Assembly (NCBI GenBank): GCA_964617055.1
Contig: CAZTUZ010000002.1
Coordinates: 9,729-73,728, forward strand
Direction: 5' to 3'
From: an uncultured Thiothrix sp.
Lineage (GTDB): Bacteria > Pseudomonadota > Gammaproteobacteria > Thiotrichales > Thiotrichaceae
Length of the DNA stretch: 64,000 bases
Shown: piece after piece, positions 22,921-33,781 of the stretch
Position numbering within the stretch: the first letter of the stretch is position 1
Layout of the letters: each line of letters starts with the position of its first letter
The notes under the pieces: model-generated
Told to the model about the DNA's origin: nothing
Databases searched by the model: none
Seen by the model: only the letters and a program-made list of their open reading frames with translations
Position numbers and translations under genes: made by a program

Positions 22921-23838
22921 TTGTTAAGGCAACGAACACTAAAAGCAACCGTATCAACCGTTGGTATAGGTTTGCATTCGGGTAAAAAAGTCGCCATGAC
23001 TTTGCGCCCAGCACCATCAAATACAGGCATTGTTTTTCGTCGTGTTGACGTAACACCACCCACCTTGTTGGAATTACATCCAGAGCGTGTTGGTGAAACC
23101 ATGTTGTGCACCGCGCTTATTGATGGCAATACGAAAGTTGCCACAGTCGAGCATCTATTGTCCGCCTTAGCCGGACTGGGTATTGATAATCTCTATGTTG
23201 ATTTGGACGCGCCAGAAATCCCGATTATGGATGGCAGTGCTGCGCCGTTTTTATACTTATTACTCTCAACAGGGATTGAGGAGCTACTTGCTCCTAAACG
23301 CTTTATTCGTATCAAAAAACCGATTGAAGCGCGTAAAGGTGATGGATGGGCGCGACTCTCGCCCTACAATGGTTTTAAGGCCAGCTTTGAGATCGACTTT
23401 AACCACCCTGCGGTTAATGCAACAACGCAAAGTATCGAAATCGACTTTTCGCATCAAGCTTATGCCAGCGAGATTGCCCGTGCTCGGACATTTGGCTTCA
23501 TGCGTGATGTGGAGTTATTGCGTTCACGCAACTTGGGGTTAGGGGGGAGTCTGGAAAATGCCATTGTGTTGGATGAGTTTCGCGTCTTGAACCAAGATGG
23601 ATTGCGTTATAGTGATGAATTTATTCGCCATAAAATTTTGGACGCAATTGGGGATTTATACACTTTAGGGCACGGTATCATTGGGGCATTCCACGGCTAT
23701 AAGGCTGGTCATGCCATCAACAACCTACTGGCTCGCCAGCTCCTGCAACAACGTGAAGCGTGGGAAATGGTGACGTTGGACGAGAACCAACGTGAACAGG
23801 TGATTTTTGTGGATAACTACGCTCTGGTCGGATTCTAA
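22921..23838 (+). CDS. lpxC: UDP-3-O-acyl-N-acetylglucosamine deacetylase
   Basis: 305 aa with a TTG start preceded by AAAGGGGGG. The N-terminus [23 protein letters not shown] is colinear with E. coli LpxC. Confidence 0.95.
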   Translation: MLRQRTLKATVSTVGIGLHSGKKVAMTLRPAPSNTGIVFRRVDVTPPTLLELHPERVGETMLCTALIDGNTKVATVEHLLSALAGLGIDNLYVDLDAPEIPIMDGSAAPFLYLLLSTGIEELLAPKRFIRIKKPIEARKGDGWARLSPYNGFKASFEIDFNHPAVNATTQSIEIDFSHQAYASEIARARTFGFMRDVELLRSRNLGLGGSLENAIVLDEFRVLNQDGLRYSDEFIRHKILDAIGDLYTLGHGIIGAFHGYKAGHAINNLLARQLLQQREAWEMVTLDENQREQVIFVDNYALVGF

Positions 23839-23854
23839 TCTCATTGGATGAGTA

Positions 23855-24280
23855 TTAGGTGAAATGTGTTGAATCTGAGGCGGTGTGTGCCAATCGCATT
23901 ACTGCCTCGCGTAGTTCAGGGTCTTCGATATTGTGAGCAATGCTGCAAACCACGTTCGCGGCCTCGTTAGAAAACTGGAATCCGTTCGTTTTTTGCTCAA
24001 ACCTTGCCAGCGGTAGACTAATCACTTTAATATCTATGCCTCGGATTTTACTACCTAAGTGTTTGTTTATATGCTTACATAACATAATTTGTTGAAAGCG
24101 TAAGAGTGTCGCTAAATGCGTATCATCGGTCAGGAGTGTTAGACGTTGGTTCTGGAGTGTGAGCCACAGTCGATCGTCAAGAGGGATCTTCAAAAATTGA
24201 GCAATCACAGCAACCACAGCGTCTGCTCGCTGCAACCGTTCCGTCAGCCCACCCTGAATCAGTTTATTGATTTTTTTCAT
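23855..24280 (-). CDS. DUF721 (DciA-like) protein
   Basis: 141 aa. The block RLTLLTDDTHLATLLRFQQIMLCKHINKHLG..IRGIDIKV fits the DUF721 pattern. A gene of this family sits between lpxC and secA in Pseudomonas-type synteny. Both the family and synteny statements are from memory. Confidence 0.55.
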   Translation of the reverse strand: MKKINKLIQGGLTERLQRADAVVAVIAQFLKIPLDDRLWLTLQNQRLTLLTDDTHLATLLRFQQIMLCKHINKHLGSKIRGIDIKVISLPLARFEQKTNGFQFSNEAANVVCSIAHNIEDPELREAVMRLAHTASDSTHFT

Positions 24281-24364
24281 GTCTTCGTTAATCCACTCGA
24301 TGTCAACAAAGTGACAGCCCGTTATGTCTGTTGAGTCGAAGCAAAGCCCCCAGGAATGTAAACC

Positions 24365-25324
24365 ATGAAGGTCATTTGTTTAAGCGACGATGGTTCGCGT
24401 CGTGCTTCCTTTAACTTGCACCCGTGGAAGCACCTGATCATTCCGGCTAGTATCATTGCCCTGCTACTGGTCGGTTTGTCGGTCAACCAAATGTTGGGGC
24501 TGTATCGTCTCGATGAGATTCCCCAACAGAATACCGCATTATCCGAAGCAGAGGCGGGGAAAATTATCTCAGCATTGGAACAGCAAATTGCCACAGTTGA
24601 TCAAATTAAGAAAGCCTATGCCAACTATACGGTCGATGTTGATACCCTTTCGACCCGTTTAGGCACGCTAGAGGCAGAAATCGCGCGTCTGAACGCTTTG
24701 GCCAAGCGGGTCGCTAATAAGGCAAAATTAGACCCACAAGAGTTCTCGTTAGATGAGCAACCAGGGCGGGGTGGTGCTGACCCCGAATTGCTCACCGAAC
24801 ACCACACCTCACCATCCACGGCATTGCTGTCGGCCTTTCAGTCTGCTGAAGATAGTGTGGAACGTCAAAAAGGCATGTTGGCAACCTTGGAGAAGATTTT
24901 AGAAGGTATTACCTTGCAAGAGGAAGTGATGCCATCTGCCCGTCCGGTACACAGTGGTTATATCTCATCGCAATTTGGTTTCCGTCGAGACCCGTTCAAT
25001 GGCAATGTACGGATGCATAAGGGGATTGATTTTGCAGGCCCTATCGGCACTGAGATTTATTCTGTTGGCGGTGGTGTTGTCTCGTTTATGGGGGAGAAGT
25101 CTGGTTATGGTACAGCCGTTGAAGTTGATCATGGAGATGGTTTGATTAGCCGCTATGCGCATTTAAGCGCGGCAAAAGTAAACGAGGGTCAAGTGGTTAA
25201 AAAAGGCGATTTGGTCGCGCTGATGGGAAATTCTGGGCGTTCTACAGGGCCACATCTGCATTTGGAAGTGCTGAAAAATGGTGAGCAAGTTGACCCGCGT
25301 GAATACCTAGGTTATGAAGAATAA
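24365..25324 (+). CDS. M23 (LytM-domain) metallopeptidase with N-terminal TM and coiled coil
   Basis: 319 aa with HKGIDFAGPIGTEIY, DHGDGLISRYAHLS and GNSGRSTGPHLHLEV motifs. Confidence 0.88.
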   Translation: MKVICLSDDGSRRASFNLHPWKHLIIPASIIALLLVGLSVNQMLGLYRLDEIPQQNTALSEAEAGKIISALEQQIATVDQIKKAYANYTVDVDTLSTRLGTLEAEIARLNALAKRVANKAKLDPQEFSLDEQPGRGGADPELLTEHHTSPSTALLSAFQSAEDSVERQKGMLATLEKILEGITLQEEVMPSARPVHSGYISSQFGFRRDPFNGNVRMHKGIDFAGPIGTEIYSVGGGVVSFMGEKSGYGTAVEVDHGDGLISRYAHLSAAKVNEGQVVKKGDLVALMGNSGRSTGPHLHLEVLKNGEQVDPREYLGYEE

Positions 25325-25401
25325 TGAAAAAATGGTAATGCGCGTGTCTTCTAAAAATTCACCGTGTAGCCAGTTATTCCATATATAATACAATCGCATC
25401 G

Positions 25402-25447
25402 TCCGGTGTAGTGGTATGTGTGACATATTACGAGCACCGGATTTTTT
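25402..25447 (+). terminator. hairpin plus T6 between the M23 peptidase gene and secA (terminator or attenuator)
   Basis: tccggtg (25402-25408) pairs with caccgga (25435-25441), followed by tttttt (25442-25447). It ends 32 nt before the secA ATG. Confidence 0.45.
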
Positions 25448-25479
25448 CTGTTTGGAATGGATACAAGAGAGAAGAATAT

Positions 25480-28185
25480 ATGTTGGGTTCCGTCGCCAGA
25501 AAGATTTTCGGCAGCCGCAATGATCGACTGGTCAAAACTTACGCTAAGGTTGTCAAAAAAATCAATGCTTTGGAAGAAAAAAACCGTGCATTGTCGGATA
25601 CCCAACTCGCCGCAAAGACCACGGAATTTCGTGAGCGTTTAGCCAAAGGTGAAAACACCGAAGCCTTATTGCCTGAAGCTTTTGCCGTTGTGCGTGAGGC
25701 AGCGCGGCGCGTTTTAGGATTGCGCCATTACGATGTGCAGATGATCGGTGGGATGGTGCTGAATGATGGCAAGATTGCTGAAATGCGCACGGGTGAGGGT
25801 AAAACCTTGGTGGCGACAGCTTCTGCTTATCTGAATGCCTTGCCAGGGAAAGGCGTACATGTCATTACCGTGAACGATTACTTAGCACAACGCGATGCGG
25901 GTTTAATGTCGCGGGTGTACGGTTTCTTAGGGTTGAGTACAGGGGTGATCATCAATGGTTTAAACCAAGATCAACGTCGTGCTGCTTACGCTTCGGATAT
26001 TACTTACGGTACAAATAACGAATTTGGTTTTGACTACTTGCGTGACAACATGGCATTTCGCAAGGAAGAGCGCGTACAACGCCCGTTAAATTACGCGATT
26101 GTTGACGAAGTGGACTCCATCCTGATTGATGAAGCGCGTACCCCACTGATTATTTCCGGCCCTAGCCATGATGCATCCCAACTGTATGTGGCTATTGACC
26201 AAGTTATCCCGCATTTGGTGCGCCAACAGGAAGAGGAAGGCGCAGGTGATTACTCGGTTGATGAGAAAGCGCGTCAGGTATACTTAACGGAAGACGGTCA
26301 AGTTCGCGCAGAACAGTTATTGTGGGATGCGAACATTCTGCCGCAGGGTCAGGGTTTGTATGACACTATTAGTGTCAGCATTTTACACCATTTGAATGCT
26401 GCATTGCGTGCACATGTGCTGTTCCAACGCAATGTGGATTACATTGTGCGTGACGGCAAAATCATTATTGTCGACGAATTTACAGGTCGTACCATGCCTG
26501 GCCGCCGTTGGTCAGAAGGTTTGCACCAAGCGATTGAAGCTAAAGAACAAGTTGAAATTCAGGCCGAAAACCAAACATTGGCATCCATTACCTTCCAGAA
26601 CTATTTCCGCTTGTATAATAAATTGTCCGGTATGACGGGTACGGCGGACACAGAAGCCTTTGAATTACAACAAATCTACGGTTTGGAAGTGGTGGTTATT
26701 CCAACACACCGCCCAATGGTGCGCAAAGATGCCAACGATTTGGTGTTCTTAACCGCTGAAGAAAAATACGAAGCGATTATTCAAGAAATCCAACAAGAAG
26801 TGGAAAAAGGTCGTCCGGTACTGGTTGGTACTGCGTCGATTGAAACGTCTGAATTGGTGTCTGAGAAGCTGAAATCCTTGCGCATTCCGCATGAGGTGTT
26901 GAATGCTAAACAACACGAACGCGAAGCGCACATTATCGCCAATGCAGGTCGCCCAGGGGCGGTAACGATTGCCACGAACATGGCAGGGCGCGGTACGGAC
27001 ATTATGCTCGGTGGTTCGTTGGAAGAAGAGTTGCGCCAGCTTGGTGAGAACGAAACCCCTGAAGCCGTCGAGAAAATCAAAGCACTGTGGCAAAAACGTC
27101 ATGATGCGGTAGTTTCCGCAGGTGGTTTGCACATTTTAGGGACAGAACGTCACGAATCGCGCCGTATTGACAACCAGTTGCGTGGTCGGGCTGGTCGTCA
27201 AGGCGACCCTGGTTCTTCACGCTTCTTCTTGTCTTTGGAAGACAACCTGATGCGCATTTTTGCCTCAGATCGCGTTAAAGGCATGATGCAGCGTTTGGGG
27301 ATGGAACGCGGACAAGCGATTGAAGCGGGTTTGGTTTCTAAATCCATCGAGAACGCACAGCGCAAAGTAGAGGCGCATAACTACGACATTCGTAAACACT
27401 TGTTGGAATACGATGACGTTGCTAATGACCAACGTAAGGTTATCTATTCACAACGTAACGAGTTGTTGGAAGCTGAAGATATTCAAGAAATGATCGAATC
27501 CATCCGCACCGATGTGGTGGATACAATGATCAGTACCTACGTTCCCGCTGGCAGTGTGGAAGAACAGTGGAATATCGAAGGGTTGTACAAGCAGCTTTAC
27601 ACCGATTTTGGTTTGGATTTGCCATTAGCTGATTGGTTAAAAGAGAAAAATTTCTACGAAGAAACCCTGCGCGAGCGTATTCAGGCGCAAGTGGCGGCGG
27701 TTTTAACACAAAAAGAAGAGCTGATCAGTGCGCCGAACATGCGTCGTTTGGAGCGTGATGTCATGTTACACGTTCTGGATTCCGAATGGAAAGAACACCT
27801 CGCGGCGATGGATTATTTGCGTCAAAGTGTGGGTTTGCGTGGTTATGCTCAGAAAAACCCCAAACAAGAATACAAGCGTGAAGCGTTTGAAATGTTCGAG
27901 CAATTGCTGGAACGTGTCAAACACGATGTGATTGCCTTTTTGATGCGTATTCAGTTAGCAGAGCCGCAAAAGGCCATGCAGGAATTGGAAGAACATCCCG
28001 AACAGCCAATGGAATATTCGCACCCTGATGCTGATAGTGCGTTTGGTGATGAAGCAGAAGAAAGCCCAGCCGCAGCGGTTGCTCGCGCTACTTATCAACG
28101 TGACAATGACAAGACGGGACGTAATGACCCGTGCCCGTGTGGTTCTGGCAAAAAATACAAGCATTGCCACGGTAAATTGAGCTAA
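25480..28185 (+). CDS. secA: preprotein translocase ATPase SecA
   Basis: The ATG at 25480 gives [16 protein letters not shown], the canonical SecA N-terminus. [10 protein letters not shown], the DEAD-like [19 protein letters not shown], and the C-terminal zinc motif [14 protein letters not shown] are present. Confidence 0.97.
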   Translation: MLGSVARKIFGSRNDRLVKTYAKVVKKINALEEKNRALSDTQLAAKTTEFRERLAKGENTEALLPEAFAVVREAARRVLGLRHYDVQMIGGMVLNDGKIAEMRTGEGKTLVATASAYLNALPGKGVHVITVNDYLAQRDAGLMSRVYGFLGLSTGVIINGLNQDQRRAAYASDITYGTNNEFGFDYLRDNMAFRKEERVQRPLNYAIVDEVDSILIDEARTPLIISGPSHDASQLYVAIDQVIPHLVRQQEEEGAGDYSVDEKARQVYLTEDGQVRAEQLLWDANILPQGQGLYDTISVSILHHLNAALRAHVLFQRNVDYIVRDGKIIIVDEFTGRTMPGRRWSEGLHQAIEAKEQVEIQAENQTLASITFQNYFRLYNKLSGMTGTADTEAFELQQIYGLEVVVIPTHRPMVRKDANDLVFLTAEEKYEAIIQEIQQEVEKGRPVLVGTASIETSELVSEKLKSLRIPHEVLNAKQHEREAHIIANAGRPGAVTIATNMAGRGTDIMLGGSLEEELRQLGENETPEAVEKIKALWQKRHDAVVSAGGLHILGTERHESRRIDNQLRGRAGRQGDPGSSRFFLSLEDNLMRIFASDRVKGMMQRLGMERGQAIEAGLVSKSIENAQRKVEAHNYDIRKHLLEYDDVANDQRKVIYSQRNELLEAEDIQEMIESIRTDVVDTMISTYVPAGSVEEQWNIEGLYKQLYTDFGLDLPLADWLKEKNFYEETLRERIQAQVAAVLTQKEELISAPNMRRLERDVMLHVLDSEWKEHLAAMDYLRQSVGLRGYAQKNPKQEYKREAFEMFEQLLERVKHDVIAFLMRIQLAEPQKAMQELEEHPEQPMEYSHPDADSAFGDEAEESPAAAVARATYQRDNDKTGRNDPCPCGSGKKYKHCHGKLS

Positions 28186-28206
28186 TTGGAAGAACGAGGT
28201 AACAAC

Positions 28207-29415
28207 ATGGCAGTCAACTTACAAGCTCCTGACGTTTTATTACCCGTAGCAGGTGTGCGTTTAGCCTCTGTGAATGCAGGGATTCGCTACAAAAACCGCA
28301 ATGATTTGTTATTGATTGAACTCGAAAAAGGCAGCCACACCGCCGCTGTGTTTACGCGCAATGCGTTTTGTGCTGCTCCGGTGCAATTGTGTCGCCATCA
28401 TTTGCAGAACTCCAGCCCGCGTTACTTGTTAATCAATGCGGGTAACGCCAATGCGGGTACGGGTGAACAAGGGATGCGTGCGGCGCGTGAGTCGTGCGAG
28501 CAAGTTGCCGAGCAAGGTTCGTGTTGGGCGGAAGAAGTTTTACCCTTTTCCACTGGCGTGATTGGGATGCAATTACCCGTGGAAAAAATCACCGCAGCTT
28601 TACCGGAAGCCTTCAGCAAACTCCGTGCCGATGGTTGGTTGGAAGCATCACGCACCATCATGACTACTGACACGGTGGCAAAAGCGATTAGCAAGCAGGT
28701 CGAGATTTTTGGTGAAACCATCACCATTACGGGGATTGCCAAAGGTGCGGGAATGATTCACCCGAACATGGCGACCATGTTGGCTTATGTCGCAACCGAT
28801 GCGCTGATTGAAAAAGACAAGCTGCAAGATACGCTGAAAGCCGTCACCGAAGAAACGTTCAACTGCATTACCGTGGATGGTGATACTTCCACGAATGATT
28901 CACTGGTGGTGGTCGCAACAGGTAGTTCGGGCATTTATGTCGGTGGTGAGGCACTGCCATTATTCCAAGCGGCATTGCAAGAAATTTGCCTGTACTTGGC
29001 GCAAGCCATTGTGCGTGATGGTGAAGGTGCGACCAAATTCATTAGCATTGACGTGCAAGGGGCATTAACCCGTGCCGAAGCACGCATTGTAGGCAATACG
29101 GTTGCCTTGTCTCCATTGGTTAAAACGGCGTTATTTGCCAGTGACCCGAATTGGGGACGCATTTTAGCCGCCGTTGGACGTAGCCCGATTGATCATTTGG
29201 ATGTAGGGCGCATTACCATTTGGTTGGGCGAAACACTATTGATTGAGGACGGTGAGCCCGCTCCAACGTATCACGAGGCGTTAGGGCAAATTGAAATGAA
29301 ACGCGATGAAATCCTGATCCGCATTGATTTGGGGCGTGGTGATGCCAGTGCAACGACGTGGACGTGCGATTTCTCCTACGATTATGTGAAAATCAATGCC
29401 GAATACCGTAGCTAA
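28207..29415 (+). CDS. argJ: bifunctional glutamate N-acetyltransferase / amino-acid acetyltransferase ArgJ
   Basis: The ATG at 28207 is preceded by GAGGT. The autoprocessing site motif KGAGMIHPNMATML is present. Confidence 0.93.
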   Translation: MAVNLQAPDVLLPVAGVRLASVNAGIRYKNRNDLLLIELEKGSHTAAVFTRNAFCAAPVQLCRHHLQNSSPRYLLINAGNANAGTGEQGMRAARESCEQVAEQGSCWAEEVLPFSTGVIGMQLPVEKITAALPEAFSKLRADGWLEASRTIMTTDTVAKAISKQVEIFGETITITGIAKGAGMIHPNMATMLAYVATDALIEKDKLQDTLKAVTEETFNCITVDGDTSTNDSLVVVATGSSGIYVGGEALPLFQAALQEICLYLAQAIVRDGEGATKFISIDVQGALTRAEARIVGNTVALSPLVKTALFASDPNWGRILAAVGRSPIDHLDVGRITIWLGETLLIEDGEPAPTYHEALGQIEMKRDEILIRIDLGRGDASATTWTCDFSYDYVKINAEYRS

Positions 29416-30373
29416 TACGCAAAAAGCCTTACATGTCGTGGCAGCGGTGATTCGTGGTCACGGCACACAGCAGGGCAAGGTCTTTCTTGCCAAACGCCCC
29501 GCGCACATTTCCCAAGGCGGCAAATGGGAGTTCCCTGGTGGTAAGGTGGAAGCAGGCGAAACCCGTGAAGCCGCTTTAGCGCGTGAATTGCAGGAAGAAA
29601 TCGGTATTACCGTCTTAGCAGCACGCCCGTTACTGGCAGTGCGTCACCGTTATGTGGAACGGCTGGTGCATTTGGATGTGTGGGAAGTAACCGATTTCAG
29701 CGGTGAACCGCGCGGGAATGAGGGGCAAGAAACGGCATGGGTGGCGGAATCCGTATTGCGTACCTTGGCATTTCCAGCCGCGAATGCGTCAATCATTACT
29801 GCCACGCAATTGCCCGATACTTACCTCATTACTCCTGAACCCACTGATACCTACCTGTTTTTGCAGCAGTTACAATGCGCTTTGCAAGCGGGGGTGCGTT
29901 TGGTGCAATTCCGTGCCAAGACTTTGCCTGCTAATGCTTATACCGAACTTGCCCAAGCGGTTATTACGCAAGCGCATCAACAAGGGGCTAAGGTTTTGCT
30001 GAATGCTCCACCTGTGTGGTTGCCCGAAGCGGATGGATTGCATTTGACCAGTTCACAGTTGATGGCTGCCAAGGCAAGACCGGATTATTTGCAAGCACAC
30101 CAGTGGTTATCGGCATCTTGTCACCATCAGCACGATTTGCAAGCAGCGACAGCATTAGGTGTGGATTTCGCATTGCTTGCCCCCGTTTTGCCCACTCTAA
30201 CACACCCTAATGCTACGCCTTTGGGGTGGCAGTCGTTTGCACAACTGGTCAAAATGGTGAATTTTCCCGTTTATGCCTTGGGTGGTTTGCAACCCAAGGA
30301 TGTCAGCCTTGCACGCACAAATGGCGGGCAGGGTATTGCTGCCATGCGTGGTTTGTGGGATTCAGGCGTTTAA
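29396..30373 (+). CDS. Nudix (MutT-like 8-oxo-dGTP diphosphatase) fused to a ThiE/TenI-like domain
   Basis: 325 aa. The Nudix box is GGKWEFPGGKVEAGETREAALARELQEEIG. The C-terminal half is a TIM-barrel ThiE-like domain (...VYALGGL...GIAAMRG). A similar fusion follows argJ in pseudomonads (from memory). Confidence 0.8.
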   Translation: MPNTVANTQKALHVVAAVIRGHGTQQGKVFLAKRPAHISQGGKWEFPGGKVEAGETREAALARELQEEIGITVLAARPLLAVRHRYVERLVHLDVWEVTDFSGEPRGNEGQETAWVAESVLRTLAFPAANASIITATQLPDTYLITPEPTDTYLFLQQLQCALQAGVRLVQFRAKTLPANAYTELAQAVITQAHQQGAKVLLNAPPVWLPEADGLHLTSSQLMAAKARPDYLQAHQWLSASCHHQHDLQAATALGVDFALLAPVLPTLTHPNATPLGWQSFAQLVKMVNFPVYALGGLQPKDVSLARTNGGQGIAAMRGLWDSGV

Positions 30374-30565
30374 ATCGGGGATCAACTGACTACGCAAGCG
30401 CGTAATCATGTCTTTCAGTAGCAGCTTGCGTTTTTTTAGGCGAGTGACCATAAATTCATCACAACGTGCAACGGCACGCAACGCCTCGATCTGCTTATCC
30501 AAGTCTCGGTGTTCTTGAATAAGCAGTGCGAGTTTTTGATGTAGGGCTTCCGTCTCTGGGGTCAT
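30362..30565 (-). CDS. DUF465 (YdcH-like) small protein
   Basis: 67 aa with the pattern H..L...I..L......D...(L/V)..LKK.KL.LKD.I. Confidence 0.6.
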   Translation of the reverse strand: MTPETEALHQKLALLIQEHRDLDKQIEALRAVARCDEFMVTRLKKRKLLLKDMITRLRSQLIPDLNA

Positions 30566-30571
30566 GCATTA

Positions 30572-32224
30572 CTATTGGGTTAAAATACGACGCTTTTCTT
30601 TGTACCGGATCACGACCTTTTTGTCACCCTGCGTTTTGTCTGTTGCTGGTGCAGATTGGTAGTCTTGTTTCTTTTCCCACCCGCCAATTTCGTAAGAACC
30701 ACCTGTATCGCGGCGCATATTGGGGTTGTTGGGTGTGTAACCGTTACCCGTTCCACCGCCATTACCGTATTCGCGTTTGCGTTGCGCTCCACCGTGTAAA
30801 CGCCCATATGGCCCTTTGCGTTGGCGTGGGTCAGCATTTTTGTCGTCTTGCCAATTGTTGTTGGTATTGTCACGGTCACGCGGGGGGTAATTGCCATTGC
30901 CGCCGCCGCTATTTTGTTGCTGATGGCGTGGAGGGCGACTTTGTGCGTTGTATTGCCCTTGTTGCCCATTGTGATTGTTATTACGCCCGCCTTGACGTTC
31001 GTTACGTTCGCTATTGCGGTCACGATCTCGATGACCACCGCCTTTACGCGCATTACTGCCATTGTTGTTAGAGCGTGGTGAACGTACCGCAGGTGTGAAA
31101 CCAGAGGTGTGATGCAACGGTGCTAACCCAGGTAAGGTGCATTGCTCGATGGAATCGCCGAGGAAATCTTCGATTTTCTTCAGATTTTCCCGTTCACGCG
31201 GTAATACCACCGCAATAACAGCTTCTTCACGGTTATCGGTAGGCACGCTTTGTAGGCGCGTTTCGTAATCTTCAACTTTAGCGGGCAATTCAAAGTTGAT
31301 AATGTGTTCTTCGCCACTAAAATGCGGTTTGATACCATCTTGATCTGCGTAGATTAAGATAGAGCAGGTATCGTAATTGCGTTCAGACTCGTCCAATTCA
31401 CTGGCAAGTTCAGCGATATGCCCATGATTCGCTAGGCTTTCTGCCAAAGCCTTGGCGGTTTTGCTGCTGATAGTGAAAATACAGGTCGGTTCGCCGGAAA
31501 ACTCGTCTAAGAGGTGATCCATCAGGGCAATTTTATGCGTGTAATCGTCGGCAAGGTGCACGACTTGCGGCAATTGCAGTAACGGATTGCGATCATCTTC
31601 GATTTCAAGTTCTTCCGCGCCTGCGAAAACAGCACGAGCATAGGCTGAAATTTCGTCTTCTTGGCGCACGAATGCGACAACAGGACAGGCGGTGGAACGT
31701 TCCGCGAGAATTTTATTCACAAGACCGTGTAGGCCTTTGTGGTAAATCGCGCTGAGGTCGTCAATCACCAGCATTTCCAATTTGGAAAAGTCGGCTTTGT
31801 TATTGTCGACCAAATCGTTTAAACGCCCAGGCGTGGCAATCATTAAATCCAACGGGCGACGTAACAAGCGCATTTGTGGCTGATACGGTCGGCCGCTGAC
31901 AATAAAGCCGGAGCGAATTTGTTGATCATCGCCGAGTAAGCGTTTAATCGTATAGTTAATCTGATTAACACGATCACGACGTGAAGTCAGGATTAAGATA
32001 CGCGCATGGCGGTGTTCTTCAAGCGGATTACTCAGGATATAGTTAATCGCAGGTATCAGAAACGCACCTGTTTTACCCGACGCTGATTGTGTCCACACAA
32101 TAACGCTCTTGTTTTGCGTCATTAAAGGGATCAACTGCTTTTGCAGCTCGGTTGGATTTTCATACCCTGCGGCCTGAATTTTCGCCGCGAATTCTGGATT
32201 TAAGCCTAATTCTGAGAAAGACAA
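30572..32224 (-). CDS. DEAD-box-like RNA helicase homologue with degenerate motifs and R/G/N-rich disordered C-terminal tail
   Basis: 550 aa. The Q-motif/PTELQ and TPGRL are kept. Motif I reads TQSASGKT, motif II reads DDLS instead of DEAD, and the motif VI HRIGRTGR equivalent is ETRLQSV. The last 175 aa or so are low-complexity (RDRDRN, GGGNGN, NNN). Confidence 0.8.
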   Translation of the reverse strand: MSFSELGLNPEFAAKIQAAGYENPTELQKQLIPLMTQNKSVIVWTQSASGKTGAFLIPAINYILSNPLEEHRHARILILTSRRDRVNQINYTIKRLLGDDQQIRSGFIVSGRPYQPQMRLLRRPLDLMIATPGRLNDLVDNNKADFSKLEMLVIDDLSAIYHKGLHGLVNKILAERSTACPVVAFVRQEDEISAYARAVFAGAEELEIEDDRNPLLQLPQVVHLADDYTHKIALMDHLLDEFSGEPTCIFTISSKTAKALAESLANHGHIAELASELDESERNYDTCSILIYADQDGIKPHFSGEEHIINFELPAKVEDYETRLQSVPTDNREEAVIAVVLPRERENLKKIEDFLGDSIEQCTLPGLAPLHHTSGFTPAVRSPRSNNNGSNARKGGGHRDRDRNSERNERQGGRNNNHNGQQGQYNAQSRPPRHQQQNSGGGNGNYPPRDRDNTNNNWQDDKNADPRQRKGPYGRLHGGAQRKREYGNGGGTGNGYTPNNPNMRRDTGGSYEIGGWEKKQDYQSAPATDKTQGDKKVVIRYKEKRRILTQ

Positions 32225-32419
32225 GACACATACTCCCCGTCGTATAGTGGGTGAGAGTCATTAAAAAAAATGTCGAACTGGAGAGGGGATGCCAGCAATA
32301 ACGAACCCTCGACGCCGCCCGGAAACCGTATTTGTAACGTAAATTGCGTCTCGAACTAGTCGATAAAATTATTATATCCGTTGTACGGAGTCAACAATTA
32401 TACGTCAACTGTGGCGATT

Positions 32420-33781
32420 TTACATCATCATTTCAATCGCCTTCTCCAACCGTGCCACAGCAACCACTTTCATGCCCTCAATCGGGTGACGCGGTTTGTT
32501 GCCTTTTGGAACAATAGCCTGCTTGAAGCCATGTTTAGCAGCCTCACGCAATCGCTCCTCACCGTTTGGTACTGGGCGGATTTCTCCGGCTAGACCAACC
32601 TCCCCAAAAACCACTAAGTCGGCAGGCAAAGGATGATTACGAAAACTAGAGAGTGCTGCAAGTAACAATGGTAGATCAGCAGCGGTTTCTGAAATCTTAA
32701 CACCACCCACTACATTTATGAATACGTCTTGGTCAAACATCGAAATTCCACCATGACGATGTAATACGGCTAACAACATAGCGAGACGATTTTGTTCCAA
32801 TCCCAAGGTGACACGACGTGGTGCAGAACCATGACTGGTGTCGACCAATGCTTGCACTTCCACCATTAAGGGGCGTGTGCCTTCGCGCGTAACCATGACA
32901 ATACTGCCAGAAACCGCTTCTTCATGACGTGAAAGAAAAATGGCGGAAGGGTTACTCACCCCTTTTAAGCCTTGTTCGGTCATGGCGAATACACCAAGTT
33001 CGTTGACCGCACCAAACCGATTTTTTACCGCGCGTAAGATGCGATAACGTCCGCCTGGGTCGCCTTCAAAATACAGCACCGTATCAACCATGTGTTCCAG
33101 CACTCGCGGCCCGGCTAATGTGCCTTCTTTGGTGACATGCCCGACGATAAACAGTGCAGTTTGGGTTTGTTTGGCAAAGCGTACCAGTTTGGCGGCTGAT
33201 TCCCGAATCTGGCTGACTGAGCCAGGAGCAGATTGCAGTTGATCCGTGAAAATGGTTTGAATGGAGTCGATTACCATCAATTGCGGCTGTTCTTGAGAAG
33301 CCAGCGCGATGATATTTTCCACACAGGTTTCCGTCAGTAAACGTAAATGCTGGGTAGGCAGGCCTAAGCGTTTAGCGCGTAAGCCCACTTGTTGCAACGA
33401 TTCTTCACCTGTTACATACAGGCTCTTGAGGCTGTCTAGTTCGGTGAGGGTTTGTAACAAAATGGTGGATTTGCCGATACCTGGATCACCACCAATCAGC
33501 ACTACTGAGCCTGCAACCAAACCACCGCCGAGTACGCGATCCAATTCCGATTGGCGTGTAGGGATGCGCGGGTCTTCTGCAAGACTGACTTCGTGCAGGG
33601 AACGAATCGCCACTTGTTCACCTGCATAGCTACCACTGCGGGATGCGGTAGTTTTGCTAGTCGGGATGCTAATGCTTTCTTCTAACGTATTCCAAGCACC
33701 ACAGTCACCGCATTGCCCACTCCATTTGCTGTGTAGGCTACCGCAGGCGGTACAATAATATTGAATTTTAGTTTTGCTCAT
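32420..33781 (-). CDS. radA: DNA repair protein RadA (Sms)
   Basis: 453 aa. Zinc finger CTACGS...CGDCGAWNT, Walker A GGDPGIGKST, the KNRFG motif, and a Lon-like C-terminal domain are present. Confidence 0.95.
   Translation of the reverse strand: MSKTKIQYYCTACGSLHSKWSGQCGDCGAWNTLEESISIPTSKTTASRSGSYAGEQVAIRSLHEVSLAEDPRIPTRQSELDRVLGGGLVAGSVVLIGGDPGIGKSTILLQTLTELDSLKSLYVTGEESLQQVGLRAKRLGLPTQHLRLLTETCVENIIALASQEQPQLMVIDSIQTIFTDQLQSAPGSVSQIRESAAKLVRFAKQTQTALFIVGHVTKEGTLAGPRVLEHMVDTVLYFEGDPGGRYRILRAVKNRFGAVNELGVFAMTEQGLKGVSNPSAIFLSRHEEAVSGSIVMVTREGTRPLMVEVQALVDTSHGSAPRRVTLGLEQNRLAMLLAVLHRHGGISMFDQDVFINVVGGVKISETAADLPLLLAALSSFRNHPLPADLVVFGEVGLAGEIRPVPNGEERLREAAKHGFKQAIVPKGNKPRHPIEGMKVVAVARLEKAIEMMM

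Noticed and set aside
25325-25479. secM-like leader peptide upstream of secA
   Set aside because: There is no ORF with an SD and no arrest-motif-like sequence in the spacer. Only the hairpin reported separately is present.
30526-31081. ORFs 30526-31071 (+), 30610-31062 (-) and 30821-31081 (+)
   Set aside because: They are alternative-frame or antisense readings of the low-complexity R/G/N-rich tail of the DEAD-box-like gene. Repetitive codons keep several frames open.
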